NCBI GenBank assembly: GCA_963678065.2
Contig: CAXXVZ010000002.1
Span: forward strand, 256,001-320,000
DNA from: Treponemataceae bacterium
GTDB lineage: Bacteria; Spirochaetota; Spirochaetia; Treponematales; Rectinemataceae
DNA length: 64,000 bases
Reading direction: 5' to 3'
Numbering within the stretch: the first letter of the stretch is position 1; every line of letters starts with the position of its first letter. Positions 19,140 to 29,059 of the stretch are shown here, piece after piece. The notes below the pieces were generated by a model. It searched no databases, had not been told where the DNA came from, and worked only from the letters and a program-made list of their open reading frames with translations. The position numbers and the translations under genes were made by a program.

Positions 19140-20228
19140 ATGCGCTACTTGAACGAGGACGATATCGAGAAAATCGCCATGGGCGCGGCGGTGCTCGGTT
19201 CCGGCGGCGGAGGCGATCCCTACGTCGGAAAACTGATGGCCAAACAGGCCATCCGGAAGCACGGACCGGTGCGCCTGATCGACGCGGACGATGTGCCCGA
19301 CGGCGAACTGGTCATTCCCTCCGCCATGATGGGTGCACCAGCCGTCATGCTGGAAAAACTGCCCAACGGGGCCGAACCGGAAATGGCCTTCCGCGCGCTC
19401 GAGAAATTCCTCGGCAGGAAGGCCTTCGCGGTCATATCCATAGAAGCGGGAGGCCTGAACTCCTGTATCCCCATCTACACGGCGGCCTGCCTCGGCCTTC
19501 CGCTCGTGGACGGCGACGGCATGGGCCGCGCCTTCCCCGAACTGCCCATGGTTTCGTTCAGCATAGGGGGCGTTTCCTCCACTCCCATGGTCGTGTGCGA
19601 TGAAAAGGGCAACAAGCTGATAATCGAAACCGTGACCAACCAATGGAGCGAAATACTCTCGCGAACGGCGACCGTGGCTATGGGGCTCTCCTCCATGCTC
19701 GGCATCTACAGCATGGACGGTTCCACGCTCAAACGACTGGCTGTGCGCGGAACCATGACGCTCGCACAGAGGATAGGCGAAAAGATCCTGGAGGCGGGGC
19801 GATCCCGGATCAGCGCGGTGGAAGGCATCCTGGAAATATCGAAGGGTTTCAGATTGTTCGAGGGCAAGATATCCGATGTGCGCCGCGACCTGACGAGCGG
19901 TTTCATCCGCGGGACGGTGAGCTTCGAAGGCCTCGAAGCGGACAAAGGCTCCGTTTTCGAACTCGATTTCCAGAACGAGAACCTCGTGGGCAGGCGCGAC
20001 GGCGTGGCCGCGGCCATGACGCCCGACCTCATCACGGTCCTGGACCAGGAACGCGGTCTGCCGATCACGACCGAGCACCTGAAATACGGCCGCCGCTGCG
20101 TCGTCGTGGGCATGCCCTGCAACCCGATCTGGCGCACCGAAGCCGGTCTCAGGCAGGTGGGTCCGCGTTATTTCAAGTATGACCTGGACTATCTGCCTAT
20201 CGAGAAGCTTGCCGGAGGTGCGCGATGA
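19140..20228 (+). CDS. DUF917 family protein
   Basis: GAAVLGSGGGGDP, MMGAP, IEAGGLN, VDGDGMGRAFPEL, FQNENL, PDLI motifs. Confidence 0.88.
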   Translation: MRYLNEDDIEKIAMGAAVLGSGGGGDPYVGKLMAKQAIRKHGPVRLIDADDVPDGELVIPSAMMGAPAVMLEKLPNGAEPEMAFRALEKFLGRKAFAVISIEAGGLNSCIPIYTAACLGLPLVDGDGMGRAFPELPMVSFSIGGVSSTPMVVCDEKGNKLIIETVTNQWSEILSRTATVAMGLSSMLGIYSMDGSTLKRLAVRGTMTLAQRIGEKILEAGRSRISAVEGILEISKGFRLFEGKISDVRRDLTSGFIRGTVSFEGLEADKGSVFELDFQNENLVGRRDGVAAAMTPDLITVLDQERGLPITTEHLKYGRRCVVVGMPCNPIWRTEAGLRQVGPRYFKYDLDYLPIEKLAGGAR

Positions 20229-21784
20229 ACTACAGACTCGGTATCGATGTCGGCGGAACCAACACGGATGCCGTAATCCTGGACGGGAACAACAGAGTTG
20301 TGGCGAAGGCGAAAGTCGCGACCAGTCCCGACGTGTTGTCGGGCATCGATGCGGCGGTAGTGCGGGTGCTTTCGGTTTCGGAGATCTCCCCGGAATCCGT
20401 CACGGATGCCATGCTCGGCACCACCCATGCGACCAATGCCATCATAGAGCGCAAAGGACTTTCGCGGGTATCCGTCATCCGGCTTTCCGGACCTTCCGGA
20501 TTTTCCATTCCGCCCTTCGTGGAATGGCCGGAAGACCTGCTCAGGACAATAGGCGGGACATACGCGATCGTGAAGGGCGGCTACGAATACACGGGCGTCG
20601 CCATCGCGGAGCCCGACAGGGATGAAATCCGCAGGGCACTGGAAGCCGCCGGGCGCTCCGGCGCCGAAGCCCTGGCCGTCTCGTCGGCCTTCGCTCCGGT
20701 AAACCATGGCCACGAACTTCTGGTCGCCGAGTTGGCGCAGGAAATTCTGGGGAAGGATTTTCCGGTAACCCTGTCCCACGAGATAGGCAGCATAGGCCTG
20801 ATCGAGCGGGAAAATGCCGCCATCCTGAACGCGGCCATCCGGAAACTCGCCGGGAAGGCCTACGGGAGCTTCAGGAATGCCCTGGGCAAGCACGGCATCA
20901 GCGCCGATCTCTTCATAACCCAGAATGACGGCACCCTCATGTCGGTGGAATACGCCATGCGCTACCCGGTGCTCACGGTCGCCTCCGGTCCCACCAACTC
21001 TCTGCGCGGCGCAGCCTACCTTTCAGGAATCTCTGACGGAATCGTGGTGGACGTGGGTGGCACCACGACTGATGTCGGAGTCCTGAGCAAGGGGTTCCCC
21101 CGCGAGTCGAGCGCGGCGGCAGATGTCGGCGGCGTGCGCACCAATTTCCGCATGCCGGATCTCATCTCGATCGGGCTGGGAGGAGGCTCTCTGGTACATC
21201 TTGAGTCCACGCCCATCACTGTCGGTCCCCGGTCCGTGGGATATCGCATCGGCTCCGAGGCTCTCGTCTTCGGCGGTTCGACGCTGACAGCGAGCGACAT
21301 CGCCGTCGCGGCGGGACTCGCGGACATGGGAGACAGCTCCCTCGCGGCGGGCATCGACAAGAGACAGGCGGCCGCCGCGGCGGCGGTCATGAAACGCATG
21401 ACGGAAAACCTGATCGACACAATGAAAACCTCCTCCGCGGGAGTGCCGGTGATCCTGGTAGGCGGCGGCAGCGTGCTCCTGCCCGACTCCCTCGCGGGAG
21501 CGAGCCAGGTCCTTCGTCCCGCGAATTTCGATGTCGCCAACGCGATCGGGGCGGCGATAGCCCAGGTCTCCGGCACTGTCGACGGCGTCTTCGATGTGGC
21601 CGGCAAGGGCCGGGACAGGGTGATGGAAGAGGTCAAGGAGAGGGCAGTCGCGGAAGCCGTCCGGGCGGGCGCGGATGAAGGGACAGTGGGCATAGTCGAG
21701 ATCGAAGAGATTCCCCTGGCCTACCTGCCCTCCAGCGCGGTCAGATTCCGGGTAAAAGCCGTGGGAGACCTGAGAAAACGATAA
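20225..21784 (+). CDS. Hydantoinase/oxoprolinase family protein (HyuA-like, short DUF917-associated type)
   Basis: GIDVGGTNTDAV, GTTHATNA, ERENAAILNA, SGPTNSLRGA, DVGGTTTD, IGLGGGS. Confidence 0.9.
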   Translation: MNYRLGIDVGGTNTDAVILDGNNRVVAKAKVATSPDVLSGIDAAVVRVLSVSEISPESVTDAMLGTTHATNAIIERKGLSRVSVIRLSGPSGFSIPPFVEWPEDLLRTIGGTYAIVKGGYEYTGVAIAEPDRDEIRRALEAAGRSGAEALAVSSAFAPVNHGHELLVAELAQEILGKDFPVTLSHEIGSIGLIERENAAILNAAIRKLAGKAYGSFRNALGKHGISADLFITQNDGTLMSVEYAMRYPVLTVASGPTNSLRGAAYLSGISDGIVVDVGGTTTDVGVLSKGFPRESSAAADVGGVRTNFRMPDLISIGLGGGSLVHLESTPITVGPRSVGYRIGSEALVFGGSTLTASDIAVAAGLADMGDSSLAAGIDKRQAAAAAAVMKRMTENLIDTMKTSSAGVPVILVGGGSVLLPDSLAGASQVLRPANFDVANAIGAAIAQVSGTVDGVFDVAGKGRDRVMEEVKERAVAEAVRAGADEGTVGIVEIEEIPLAYLPSSAVRFRVKAVGDLRKR

Positions 21785-21845
21785 TCGATCCGAATGACAC
21801 GCGACCCTGGCAGCCGCGTGACTCGAAAGGGAGGAGGAGCGGATA

Positions 21846-23171
21846 ATGACAGAGAAGATGGGTCGAAAAACCGAATTGACGGAAGACTACGGCGCCAAAC
21901 CGGTGCCCCTGGCCGAAGGCAAAGGCTGGTTCGGAATAGGCATGGTCTACTGGGGAAGCGCCATGTGCCTGCCGGTTTTCTTTATCTCCGGGCTGATCGC
22001 GGGGCCCCTGCCCCTTGGAACTTCGATCGCGATCTATGTCACTGCGGGCGTCGTCCTCGGCATTGTCTCCATCCTGACCGGAATACTCGGAGCGGGAACC
22101 CGACTGTCCACAGGACTCACCGCACGCTTCACCTTCGGGAAGATCGGCGCGAACATTCTCCAGATCCTGCTTTTCTTCGCCCTCTGGGGCTGGTTCGGCG
22201 TACAGCTCGGCTTCATGGTCTCGGGCTTCGGCGACGGCGGCCTCATGCTGGTGCTCGGAACGGGAATCCCCGCCTGGGTCTACACCCTCCTGGGCGGCTT
22301 CCTCATCACCCTGACAGCCATTGTCGGCTACAAAGCCATTGAAAAGCTCAGCGTCCTCGCGATGCCTCTCATCATCGTGATGCTTGTCGCGACGATAATC
22401 CGCGAGTATAGCGCCCCGATAGCGGCTCCGGCCGCCGCCGCGGGAGCCGCCATGCCCTTCGGCGCCGCCGTCTCCCTCCTCATCGGCTCTTTCATAATCG
22501 GCGCGACCATCACTCCCGATGTGACACGCTACGCGAAGGGCAAACCGGCCGCAGGCTGGGGCCTCTTCTTCGGCATGGTCATCGGCTTCCCCGTCATTCT
22601 CAGCCTCGGGGCCATCATGATAAAGGGCTCGGGCGGCGAGTTCGACTTCTCGAAGATAATGCTGAAGGGCGGATCGCCCATCTGGGCCATAATGGCCGTT
22701 CTGACCATCGTACTCGCCTCCTGGACAACGAACGACGTCAACCTGTACTCGGGCGCTCTCTCGGTCAACGCACTCTTCCCCAAACTCAGCAAGGTCACGA
22801 TCACGGCGATCTCGGGCACGGCCGGAACCGTCCTCGCGCTCCTCGGCATCAACACCGCGGCAGGGTTTCAGTCCTTCCTCAATGTCATCGCCATCCTGAT
22901 CCCATCCGCGGCCTCGGTCATGATCGTCGACTATTTCCTGTTCAGAGGTGAGCTCAACGGCGGTTACAAACCGGAAAAAGTCGAGTCGATGCCCCCGGTC
23001 AGGGTTCTGCCCATGCTCGCCTGGGCAGTCGGGGCGGCATTCGGCTTTGTCGTCCAATACGCCAAAATCACCTTCACGACAGTGACTGCCCTCGATACCA
23101 TCATCGTGAGCGCGATCTTCTATATAGCCGCGATGCTCGCGACCAGAAACAGGATACGGCCCGGAATTTGA
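21846..23171 (+). CDS. NCS1 / cytosine permease (CodB-like) transporter
   Basis: About 12 hydrophobic segments; GWFGVQ, PDVTRYAK, WTTNDVNLYS. Confidence 0.88.
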   Translation: MTEKMGRKTELTEDYGAKPVPLAEGKGWFGIGMVYWGSAMCLPVFFISGLIAGPLPLGTSIAIYVTAGVVLGIVSILTGILGAGTRLSTGLTARFTFGKIGANILQILLFFALWGWFGVQLGFMVSGFGDGGLMLVLGTGIPAWVYTLLGGFLITLTAIVGYKAIEKLSVLAMPLIIVMLVATIIREYSAPIAAPAAAAGAAMPFGAAVSLLIGSFIIGATITPDVTRYAKGKPAAGWGLFFGMVIGFPVILSLGAIMIKGSGGEFDFSKIMLKGGSPIWAIMAVLTIVLASWTTNDVNLYSGALSVNALFPKLSKVTITAISGTAGTVLALLGINTAAGFQSFLNVIAILIPSAASVMIVDYFLFRGELNGGYKPEKVESMPPVRVLPMLAWAVGAAFGFVVQYAKITFTTVTALDTIIVSAIFYIAAMLATRNRIRPGI

Positions 23172-23180
23172 ACCCTGTCA

Positions 23181-23220
23181 GGCCGCGGCCGGAATCCGGA
23201 GGCTGCGGCCCTTTTCTCTC
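23181..23220 (+). terminator. Intrinsic terminator at the convergent junction
   Basis: GGCCGCGGCC...GGCTGCGGCC followed by CTTTTCTCTC. Confidence 0.55.
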
Positions 23221-23263
23221 CCCGACCCGTGCGACACGACCGCTTTCAGCATCAGGGCGGCAT

Positions 23264-24880
23264 TCAGGAACGAGCTTCCAAAGTTCTCACCGGGATCGAG
23301 AAAAAGAAAGTCGCTCCTTCTCCCACGCGCCCCTCGGCGCGCACGGAGCCCCCGTGCCGGTGCACGATTCTCTGCACAGTGGCGAGTCCCACGCCGGTTC
23401 CCGGATACTCCGTGGCGCTGTGGAGGCGCTGGAAGACGCCGAAGAGTTTGTCGGCATAGGCTGGGTCGAATCCGGCGCCCGAATCCTTCACGGAGTACCG
23501 GCATTCCCCACCCTCCACTTTGCCTCTGATCTCGATGCTCCGGACCGCCGACCTCATCGAATACTTGAAGGCGTTGGATATCAGGTTGTACCAGACCTGC
23601 CGGAGGAGGGTCGCATCGCCCCATGCATCGGGGAGGGAGACGACAGATATTTTAAACGTACCGCGCGTTTCCTCGGTCTCCGCCTCGGCGAGGACGGCGC
23701 CGACCATCGCATACATGTCGACGTTCTCGTACGCCAGGGATGCCTTCCCCACGCGGGACAGATTCAGGAGGCTGGCTATCAGCCCCTCCATCTTGAGAGT
23801 GTTGGCCCTGATTCTTTCCACAAGCCTCTTTCCATCCTCGTCGAGCTTGTCTCCGTGGTTTTCGATCAGGAAATGGGAATACCCGTCGATGGCGCGCAGG
23901 GGAGCCCGGAGATCGTGCGATACCGAATAGGAGAAAGACTCGAGTTCCTTGTTGGCCTTCTCCGCCTCCTCCGTCAGCCGCTGCAACTCGTCGCGCTGTC
24001 GTGTCAGCGCGAGCGTGTGCTTCCCGACCTGGAAACGGAGGGTGACTATGAAGATGAGGGCGACGATGCCCACGAGCACGAGGAAAAACAGAAGGATAAG
24101 CACCCACAGCGGCAGAGCTTGTGATTCGGGCGCTTCAAGGTATCGCCTCTTGAGCTGCTGCAGCGTTCCGGGCGAGCGGTCCTTGATCTCCCGGAGGCCG
24201 AGGTCGATTCCGTCGAGCAGCTGCGCGTTCGTTCCGGTCTTGACGGCGAAACCGTAGGCCCTCGGCGAAAAGACGATGTGGGTGTCGGTGTAGCTGCCGT
24301 TCTTCATGAGAAAGACGAGAAGGTGAGAAGGAAGGACGATGCCATCAGCCTTTTTCGCGACGAAGGATTTGATCTGGCTGTCGGCGCCGTCGCTGTAGAT
24401 GGGGATCACCGTCGTGTTGGCCGCGCGGACGAACTGGAGGAATTCGTTCGTCTCGTTCCTGCCCCGGACGAGGGCGATGGTCCTGCCCTGAAGGCTTTCA
24501 ATGCCCGCGTAGGCGACGCCGGATTGAAGGAGGAGAGAGCCCCATGTCGCGATGACGCTCTCCCTGTTGTAATCGAAGAGCCTGTCTCCGGTAAAATCCC
24601 TGCCGACGAAGCCGAGGAGGTCGATTTCCCCCGAGTCGAGCATGGTGACGCATCTGTCCCAGGGGGCGTCGATATACTCGAGCGTCCAGCCCTGCTTCGC
24701 GGCTATCATTTCCTGAAGTTCGTAAAAATACCCGCTCCGTCTTCCGTTTTTATCATAGTCGTAAATTCCGGGGATCACCGGGAAGCCGACCCGCACGACA
24801 CGGCCTCCGGCCCAGAGGGGGCCCGCGAGAATCAGCAGAAAAAGCCAGCCCAGATTGGCGTTATGGCTTTTTAAGCGCAT
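23264..24880 (-). CDS. Sensor histidine kinase with periplasmic-binding-protein type sensor domain
   Basis: Probable start MRLKSHN at 24880; N-terminal hydrophobic segment, PBP-like domain, one TM, H-box FSYSVSHDLRAPL, N-box NLISNAFKY, G-boxes DSGAGFD and GTGVGLA. Confidence 0.9.
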   Translation of the reverse strand: MRLKSHNANLGWLFLLILAGPLWAGGRVVRVGFPVIPGIYDYDKNGRRSGYFYELQEMIAAKQGWTLEYIDAPWDRCVTMLDSGEIDLLGFVGRDFTGDRLFDYNRESVIATWGSLLLQSGVAYAGIESLQGRTIALVRGRNETNEFLQFVRAANTTVIPIYSDGADSQIKSFVAKKADGIVLPSHLLVFLMKNGSYTDTHIVFSPRAYGFAVKTGTNAQLLDGIDLGLREIKDRSPGTLQQLKRRYLEAPESQALPLWVLILLFFLVLVGIVALIFIVTLRFQVGKHTLALTRQRDELQRLTEEAEKANKELESFSYSVSHDLRAPLRAIDGYSHFLIENHGDKLDEDGKRLVERIRANTLKMEGLIASLLNLSRVGKASLAYENVDMYAMVGAVLAEAETEETRGTFKISVVSLPDAWGDATLLRQVWYNLISNAFKYSMRSAVRSIEIRGKVEGGECRYSVKDSGAGFDPAYADKLFGVFQRLHSATEYPGTGVGLATVQRIVHRHGGSVRAEGRVGEGATFFFSIPVRTLEARS

Positions 24881-26426
24881 TCGGCCTGCTTTTCCACGCG
24901 TCGTTCCATATTTTCTCCATCTTGCGCGAGCCTTTCTTCTCGAGGTTCGCGGCATACTCCTTCCAGCCCCTGTCGATGTCCGAGCTCCCCGTGATGAAAG
25001 CCCTGATCATGCCGCTCACGTAGTTCGTCAGCTCCGCGCCGAAAACCCGGATCGTGTCCAGGTCGTCCGCCGAAAGGGTCAGGGTCGGCGACAGCTTTTC
25101 CGTCACCTTCCTCGCCAGCACCTTGTTGAGAAAATCCGCTATCTCCGGCGGCTTCTTCGCGTCTTCGAAATCGGGAACCTCGCAGAGATCGAACACGACA
25201 CTGAGACCAAAATCCCTGCCGATCTCTCCTTTCGCGTCCGGGTGGGTGAAGCTCCTGATCGAGGGCAGGAATTCCTTCTTTCCGCCCGAAACCGAGTATG
25301 TCGTGCCTTCCACGCCCCAGACGGAAAGGCTGCGCCCCTCCTCGGAATAATAGATCCAGTCGAGGAATTCGATGAGTCTGCGGAAATACGGCTCGCGGAT
25401 GACCCTCACGGGAATCGCCGTTCCTTTCCGGAAACGGGCCACGCCCGGCAGGGCCTGGATTCCGACCGTGCTCCTCGGAACCATGAGGGGAGCCCATGTC
25501 CCTCCGGGAAATCCGTTCCCCGCGAGCTGTTTGTTCCAATTGTCGAATCCCGACGAGATCCATGTGACCGTCACGAAGGTGCTGCCGTCCACCAGCTTCC
25601 TGTAGAACAGCTCAGGCTCCTGCGTGAAAATGTCGGGATCGAGAAGTCCGGCCTTGTAACACCGGGCGAGGAAGCGGAACATCTCCTGCCAATTCTTTGT
25701 GCCGGGGGCGTAGATCCAGGAATCCATCTTCGGATCGTAGAGCCTGTCGCCGTTCCAGCCCGCGGGAATCCCGAAGCCGGAACCCATCATCGCGAAGAGG
25801 TGAGCGCCTCCCCAGCATGCGCTGATCGGCCTCGACTCCGGATACTTCTCCTTGAGGAAGATCAGGGCCTTGAAGAGTTCATCGTAGGTCGCGGGAGCGG
25901 GAATCCCGTACCGGTCGAAGAGATCCTTCCGGTAAATCCACTGCTGCACCTGGATTTCCCGCTGGAATCCGGGAAGCACATAATACTTGCCGTTCTCGTC
26001 CCTGAGCTTGTCGACTTCCTCTTCGAGACCGTTGTCGCGGATGTAGCGGGTATAGTTGGGCATGAGGTATTCGTAGTCGCTGATGGGGAGGAGGAGTCCC
26101 GAAGCGGCGAAGGACACTACCGGCTCGGGCCAGACCTTGAGGACTATGTCCGGAATGTTTCCCGAGCCAAGCACCTCGGGAAGGGTTTTGCCATATGTGG
26201 AGTCCGGAACGGCTCTGACCGAAAAGTGTACGTTCTTGCGCCTTTCGATTTCTTTCAGTATGAGCCAATCGGGTTTAAAACCGATCCCTTCCTTTTCATT
26301 GAGCAGCACAGAGAAGGAGATCGGCTCCGGCAGCTTTGCGCCGGAGGGCTGAGCCGAAACCGGAAGCGCCGGCAGAAGGAAACAGAGGAAAACAAAGAGG
26401 CCCGGCAGGATTCTTTTCGCGGCCAC
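24861..26426 (-). CDS. Extracellular solute-binding protein (carbohydrate CUT1 / LplA-like), orphan
   Basis: GTG start at 26426 after GAGGAGG; signal peptide; SGNIPDIV, WIYRKDLFDRYGIPAPATYDEL, WGVEGTTY. Confidence 0.85.
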   Translation of the reverse strand: MAAKRILPGLFVFLCFLLPALPVSAQPSGAKLPEPISFSVLLNEKEGIGFKPDWLILKEIERRKNVHFSVRAVPDSTYGKTLPEVLGSGNIPDIVLKVWPEPVVSFAASGLLLPISDYEYLMPNYTRYIRDNGLEEEVDKLRDENGKYYVLPGFQREIQVQQWIYRKDLFDRYGIPAPATYDELFKALIFLKEKYPESRPISACWGGAHLFAMMGSGFGIPAGWNGDRLYDPKMDSWIYAPGTKNWQEMFRFLARCYKAGLLDPDIFTQEPELFYRKLVDGSTFVTVTWISSGFDNWNKQLAGNGFPGGTWAPLMVPRSTVGIQALPGVARFRKGTAIPVRVIREPYFRRLIEFLDWIYYSEEGRSLSVWGVEGTTYSVSGGKKEFLPSIRSFTHPDAKGEIGRDFGLSVVFDLCEVPDFEDAKKPPEIADFLNKVLARKVTEKLSPTLTLSADDLDTIRVFGAELTNYVSGMIRAFITGSSDIDRGWKEYAANLEKKGSRKMEKIWNDAWKSRPNALKKP

Positions 26427-26490
26427 GATCGCCTCCTCGCATTCGGGTATACGAATCGACGACACACAGAACCGACCGATTCAGCCACTA

Positions 26491-26518
26491 AGTATAGTGC
26501 ACACTCATCGCAATGCAA
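26491..26518 (-). promoter_or_regulatory. Putative promoter of the SBP-kinase pair
   Basis: Minus strand TTGCAT-16 nt-TATACT. Confidence 0.45.
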
Positions 26519-26625
26519 GCGACCTGTTCTTCGGTTAGTTTCTGCATCAGGCAAGGCGGCGAGGCCGCTCGTGCGTTTCAGGAATGTCCGCATGTTTTCC
26601 TGCCACGTGTGGCGCGCTTTTTCCA

Positions 26626-26691
26626 TTGACAGCAGCCGGAAGCGGATCGATACTATAGTTCGATTCAGATTATATCGAAGTAGAACTATAT
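26626..26691 (+). promoter_or_regulatory. Promoter (TTGACA) plus 38-bp operator, copy 1
   Basis: TTGACA at 26626; TATAGTTCGATTCAGATTATATCGAAGTAGAACTATAT at 26654-26691, 31/38 identical to copy 2. Confidence 0.75.
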
Positions 26692-26718
26692 CATTCATCG
26701 CGATCGGGGAGGCAAGAG

Positions 26719-29010
26719 ATGCCCGCCACATCCGTCCCGGACAAGGGTCTCGATCAGGGAAGCGGGACCCATCGTCTCGCACCCCGACAGAGGTTCCGCC
26801 GACTCCTCCTGGACATGCACATCCCCGACTGGGACGAGGCTTTTCTGTCGGCCTTCGATCCTGAAGCCATGGCGTCCACGTGGTCCGCAGCCGGAGTCGA
26901 ATCGGTGATGTTGTACTGCCTCTCCCATGTCGGCCTCGCGTACTGGCCGAGCGGGGTCGGGCCCGTGCACGGCGCTCTCGGGAAGAGAGATCTCGTCGGA
27001 GAGTCGGTCGCCGCCTGCAAAAGGCTGGGCCTGGAAACCTTCGCGTACTACAGCGCCATTTTCAACAACAGGGCATGGATCGACCATCCTGACTGGCGGA
27101 TCGTTCCGAGCGCCCCTGTCGCGAAAGGCTCCTTCATGGGCAAGCGCTACGGCCACCTCTGCCCGAACAACGCGGAGTACCGGCGTTTCGCGCTCGCCCA
27201 GGTCGACGAGCTTGCGGGAAACTACCCCTTCGACGGGTTCTTTTTCGACATGACCTTCTGGCCCGCGATCTGCCTCTGCCCGAGCTGCCGCGAACGATTC
27301 CGCTCCGAGGCAGGGCAGGAAATACCCGAAACCGTGGATTGGTTTTCGCAAGCCTGGTGCCAGTTCCAGTCCGCGCGGGAGAGGTGGATGAGCGAATTCG
27401 CCCTTCTCCTCTCGGCCGAGGTCAAAAAGATCAGGCCAAAGATGCCTGTCTACCACAACTCGGCGGTATTGCTGTTCAACTGGAGCCGTGGTCTCGACTT
27501 CGACCATGCGGGCGCGAGCGATTTCCTGGGCGGAGATTTCTACGGCGACGAACTCGAGCAGCAGATGACGAGCCGCTTCATGAACGGTCTCTCGAAGAGC
27601 CGGCCGGTGGAATTCATGACGAGCCGCACCCTGCACCTCCAGGACCACGCGCAATCCAAGTCTCGAACCCGGATAGAAATGCAATCCCTGGCCGCGCTGG
27701 GTTCCGGCGCGGCGATCCGCTTCATCGACGCGGTCGATCCCATCGGTACAGTCAATCCCGGGGCGTACAGGCAGCTTGGCGACATATTTTCCTCTCTGGC
27801 GCCCCTGGAACAGTTCATCGGCGGCGACCCTGTCGAGGATATCGCCGTCTATCTGAGCGACCGCTCCAAAATGAGCTTCGAAGAAAACGGCCACTCCATC
27901 GGCGACCCGGGACTCCGATCGGGCTTTATGCCGCATCTGGATGCCGCGCGGGGAGCCGTCAGAGCGCTGCAGCGCGCCCACCTCCCTTTCGGGATCGTGA
28001 CGCGCAAAGCGCTGTCCCGACTCGGCGACTATCGCGCGCTCATCCTGCCTGACGTCCTGCGGATGGACGAGGAAGAGATGGCGGCCGTGCGGGCATATGT
28101 CCTCGGCGGGGGGCGGCTGTATGCCAGTCGCTTCACCTCCTTGACGATGACCGACGGACGGCGTCTTGAAAACTTCGGCCTCGCCGACCTTTTCGGCTGC
28201 GAGGTCGATGGCGGCGCTGCCGGCGCCAGCGGATTCTCCGATGCCGTCGGCTTGACCAGTGCGGCGGGCTTCTCCGGAGTAACCGACCAGTGCCCCAGTC
28301 TTCCCGGGAGCATAGCCTACATCGAAGCGAAGGACCCGGAGCTGTCGGGCGCCATTTCGCCGCAACTCCTCCTGAGCCAGCCCCTCACCCGGAACGGGGC
28401 CCCGGGCCTCATCGCGCTGCATCCGGTCGGAGGGCGCGCGCCGGCTGACGGAGAGCACGCATCGGCTGACGGAGGGGGGCGGACCCGCGTGCTCGCGACC
28501 CTGAAGCTGCCCTACGCCTGGCCGGATGAGGGCTCTGTCGAGGATCGACGCTGGGCGAGCATCCACAGCTCCCCTCCCTGGACCGATACCGGCCTTCCGG
28601 TCGTCGTCGAGCACGAAGCCGGCCGCGGAAGGGTCATCTACTCCGCCGCCGACATCGAGACCGTCGACCATTGGGCCCACGAGTGGTTTTTCCTGGCCCT
28701 TGTCCGGCGTCTTCTCGGCGACGAGACCTCCTTCGGGACGGATGCCCATCCCTGCGTCTGGATGAATGTCTTCCGCCAGCCGGAAAAACGGCGCTACGAG
28801 ATTTTCTTCCTGAATTATCAGGTTCATGAACCTGTCATTCCGCTCGTCGACATTTCTTTCCGCCTCCGCCTCCCTGCGGGCCTGCGCGCGCTGTCCCTCG
28901 TCTCGGCTCCCGAAATGGAAGCGGTCGAATTCAGCTGTTCCGATTCCGGCACAGTCAGCGCCCGCCTCGACAAACTCGACCTGTACCGGATTCTCCTTCT
29001 CGAATACTGA
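26719..29010 (+). CDS. Glycoside hydrolase, GHL6 / GH151-like TIM barrel with beta-galactosidase trimerisation domain
   Basis: RRLLLDMHIPDW, HLCPNN, YPFDGFFFDM, CLCPSC, FLGGDFYG, VEFMTSR, YRALILPD...YVLGGGRL. Confidence 0.7.
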   Translation: MPATSVPDKGLDQGSGTHRLAPRQRFRRLLLDMHIPDWDEAFLSAFDPEAMASTWSAAGVESVMLYCLSHVGLAYWPSGVGPVHGALGKRDLVGESVAACKRLGLETFAYYSAIFNNRAWIDHPDWRIVPSAPVAKGSFMGKRYGHLCPNNAEYRRFALAQVDELAGNYPFDGFFFDMTFWPAICLCPSCRERFRSEAGQEIPETVDWFSQAWCQFQSARERWMSEFALLLSAEVKKIRPKMPVYHNSAVLLFNWSRGLDFDHAGASDFLGGDFYGDELEQQMTSRFMNGLSKSRPVEFMTSRTLHLQDHAQSKSRTRIEMQSLAALGSGAAIRFIDAVDPIGTVNPGAYRQLGDIFSSLAPLEQFIGGDPVEDIAVYLSDRSKMSFEENGHSIGDPGLRSGFMPHLDAARGAVRALQRAHLPFGIVTRKALSRLGDYRALILPDVLRMDEEEMAAVRAYVLGGGRLYASRFTSLTMTDGRRLENFGLADLFGCEVDGGAAGASGFSDAVGLTSAAGFSGVTDQCPSLPGSIAYIEAKDPELSGAISPQLLLSQPLTRNGAPGLIALHPVGGRAPADGEHASADGGGRTRVLATLKLPYAWPDEGSVEDRRWASIHSSPPWTDTGLPVVVEHEAGRGRVIYSAADIETVDHWAHEWFFLALVRRLLGDETSFGTDAHPCVWMNVFRQPEKRRYEIFFLNYQVHEPVIPLVDISFRLRLPAGLRALSLVSAPEMEAVEFSCSDSGTVSARLDKLDLYRILLLEY

Positions 29011-29059
29011 TTCCCGAATACTGTGAAGCGGGAAATCGGCATGGATCGCATTTTTTTCC

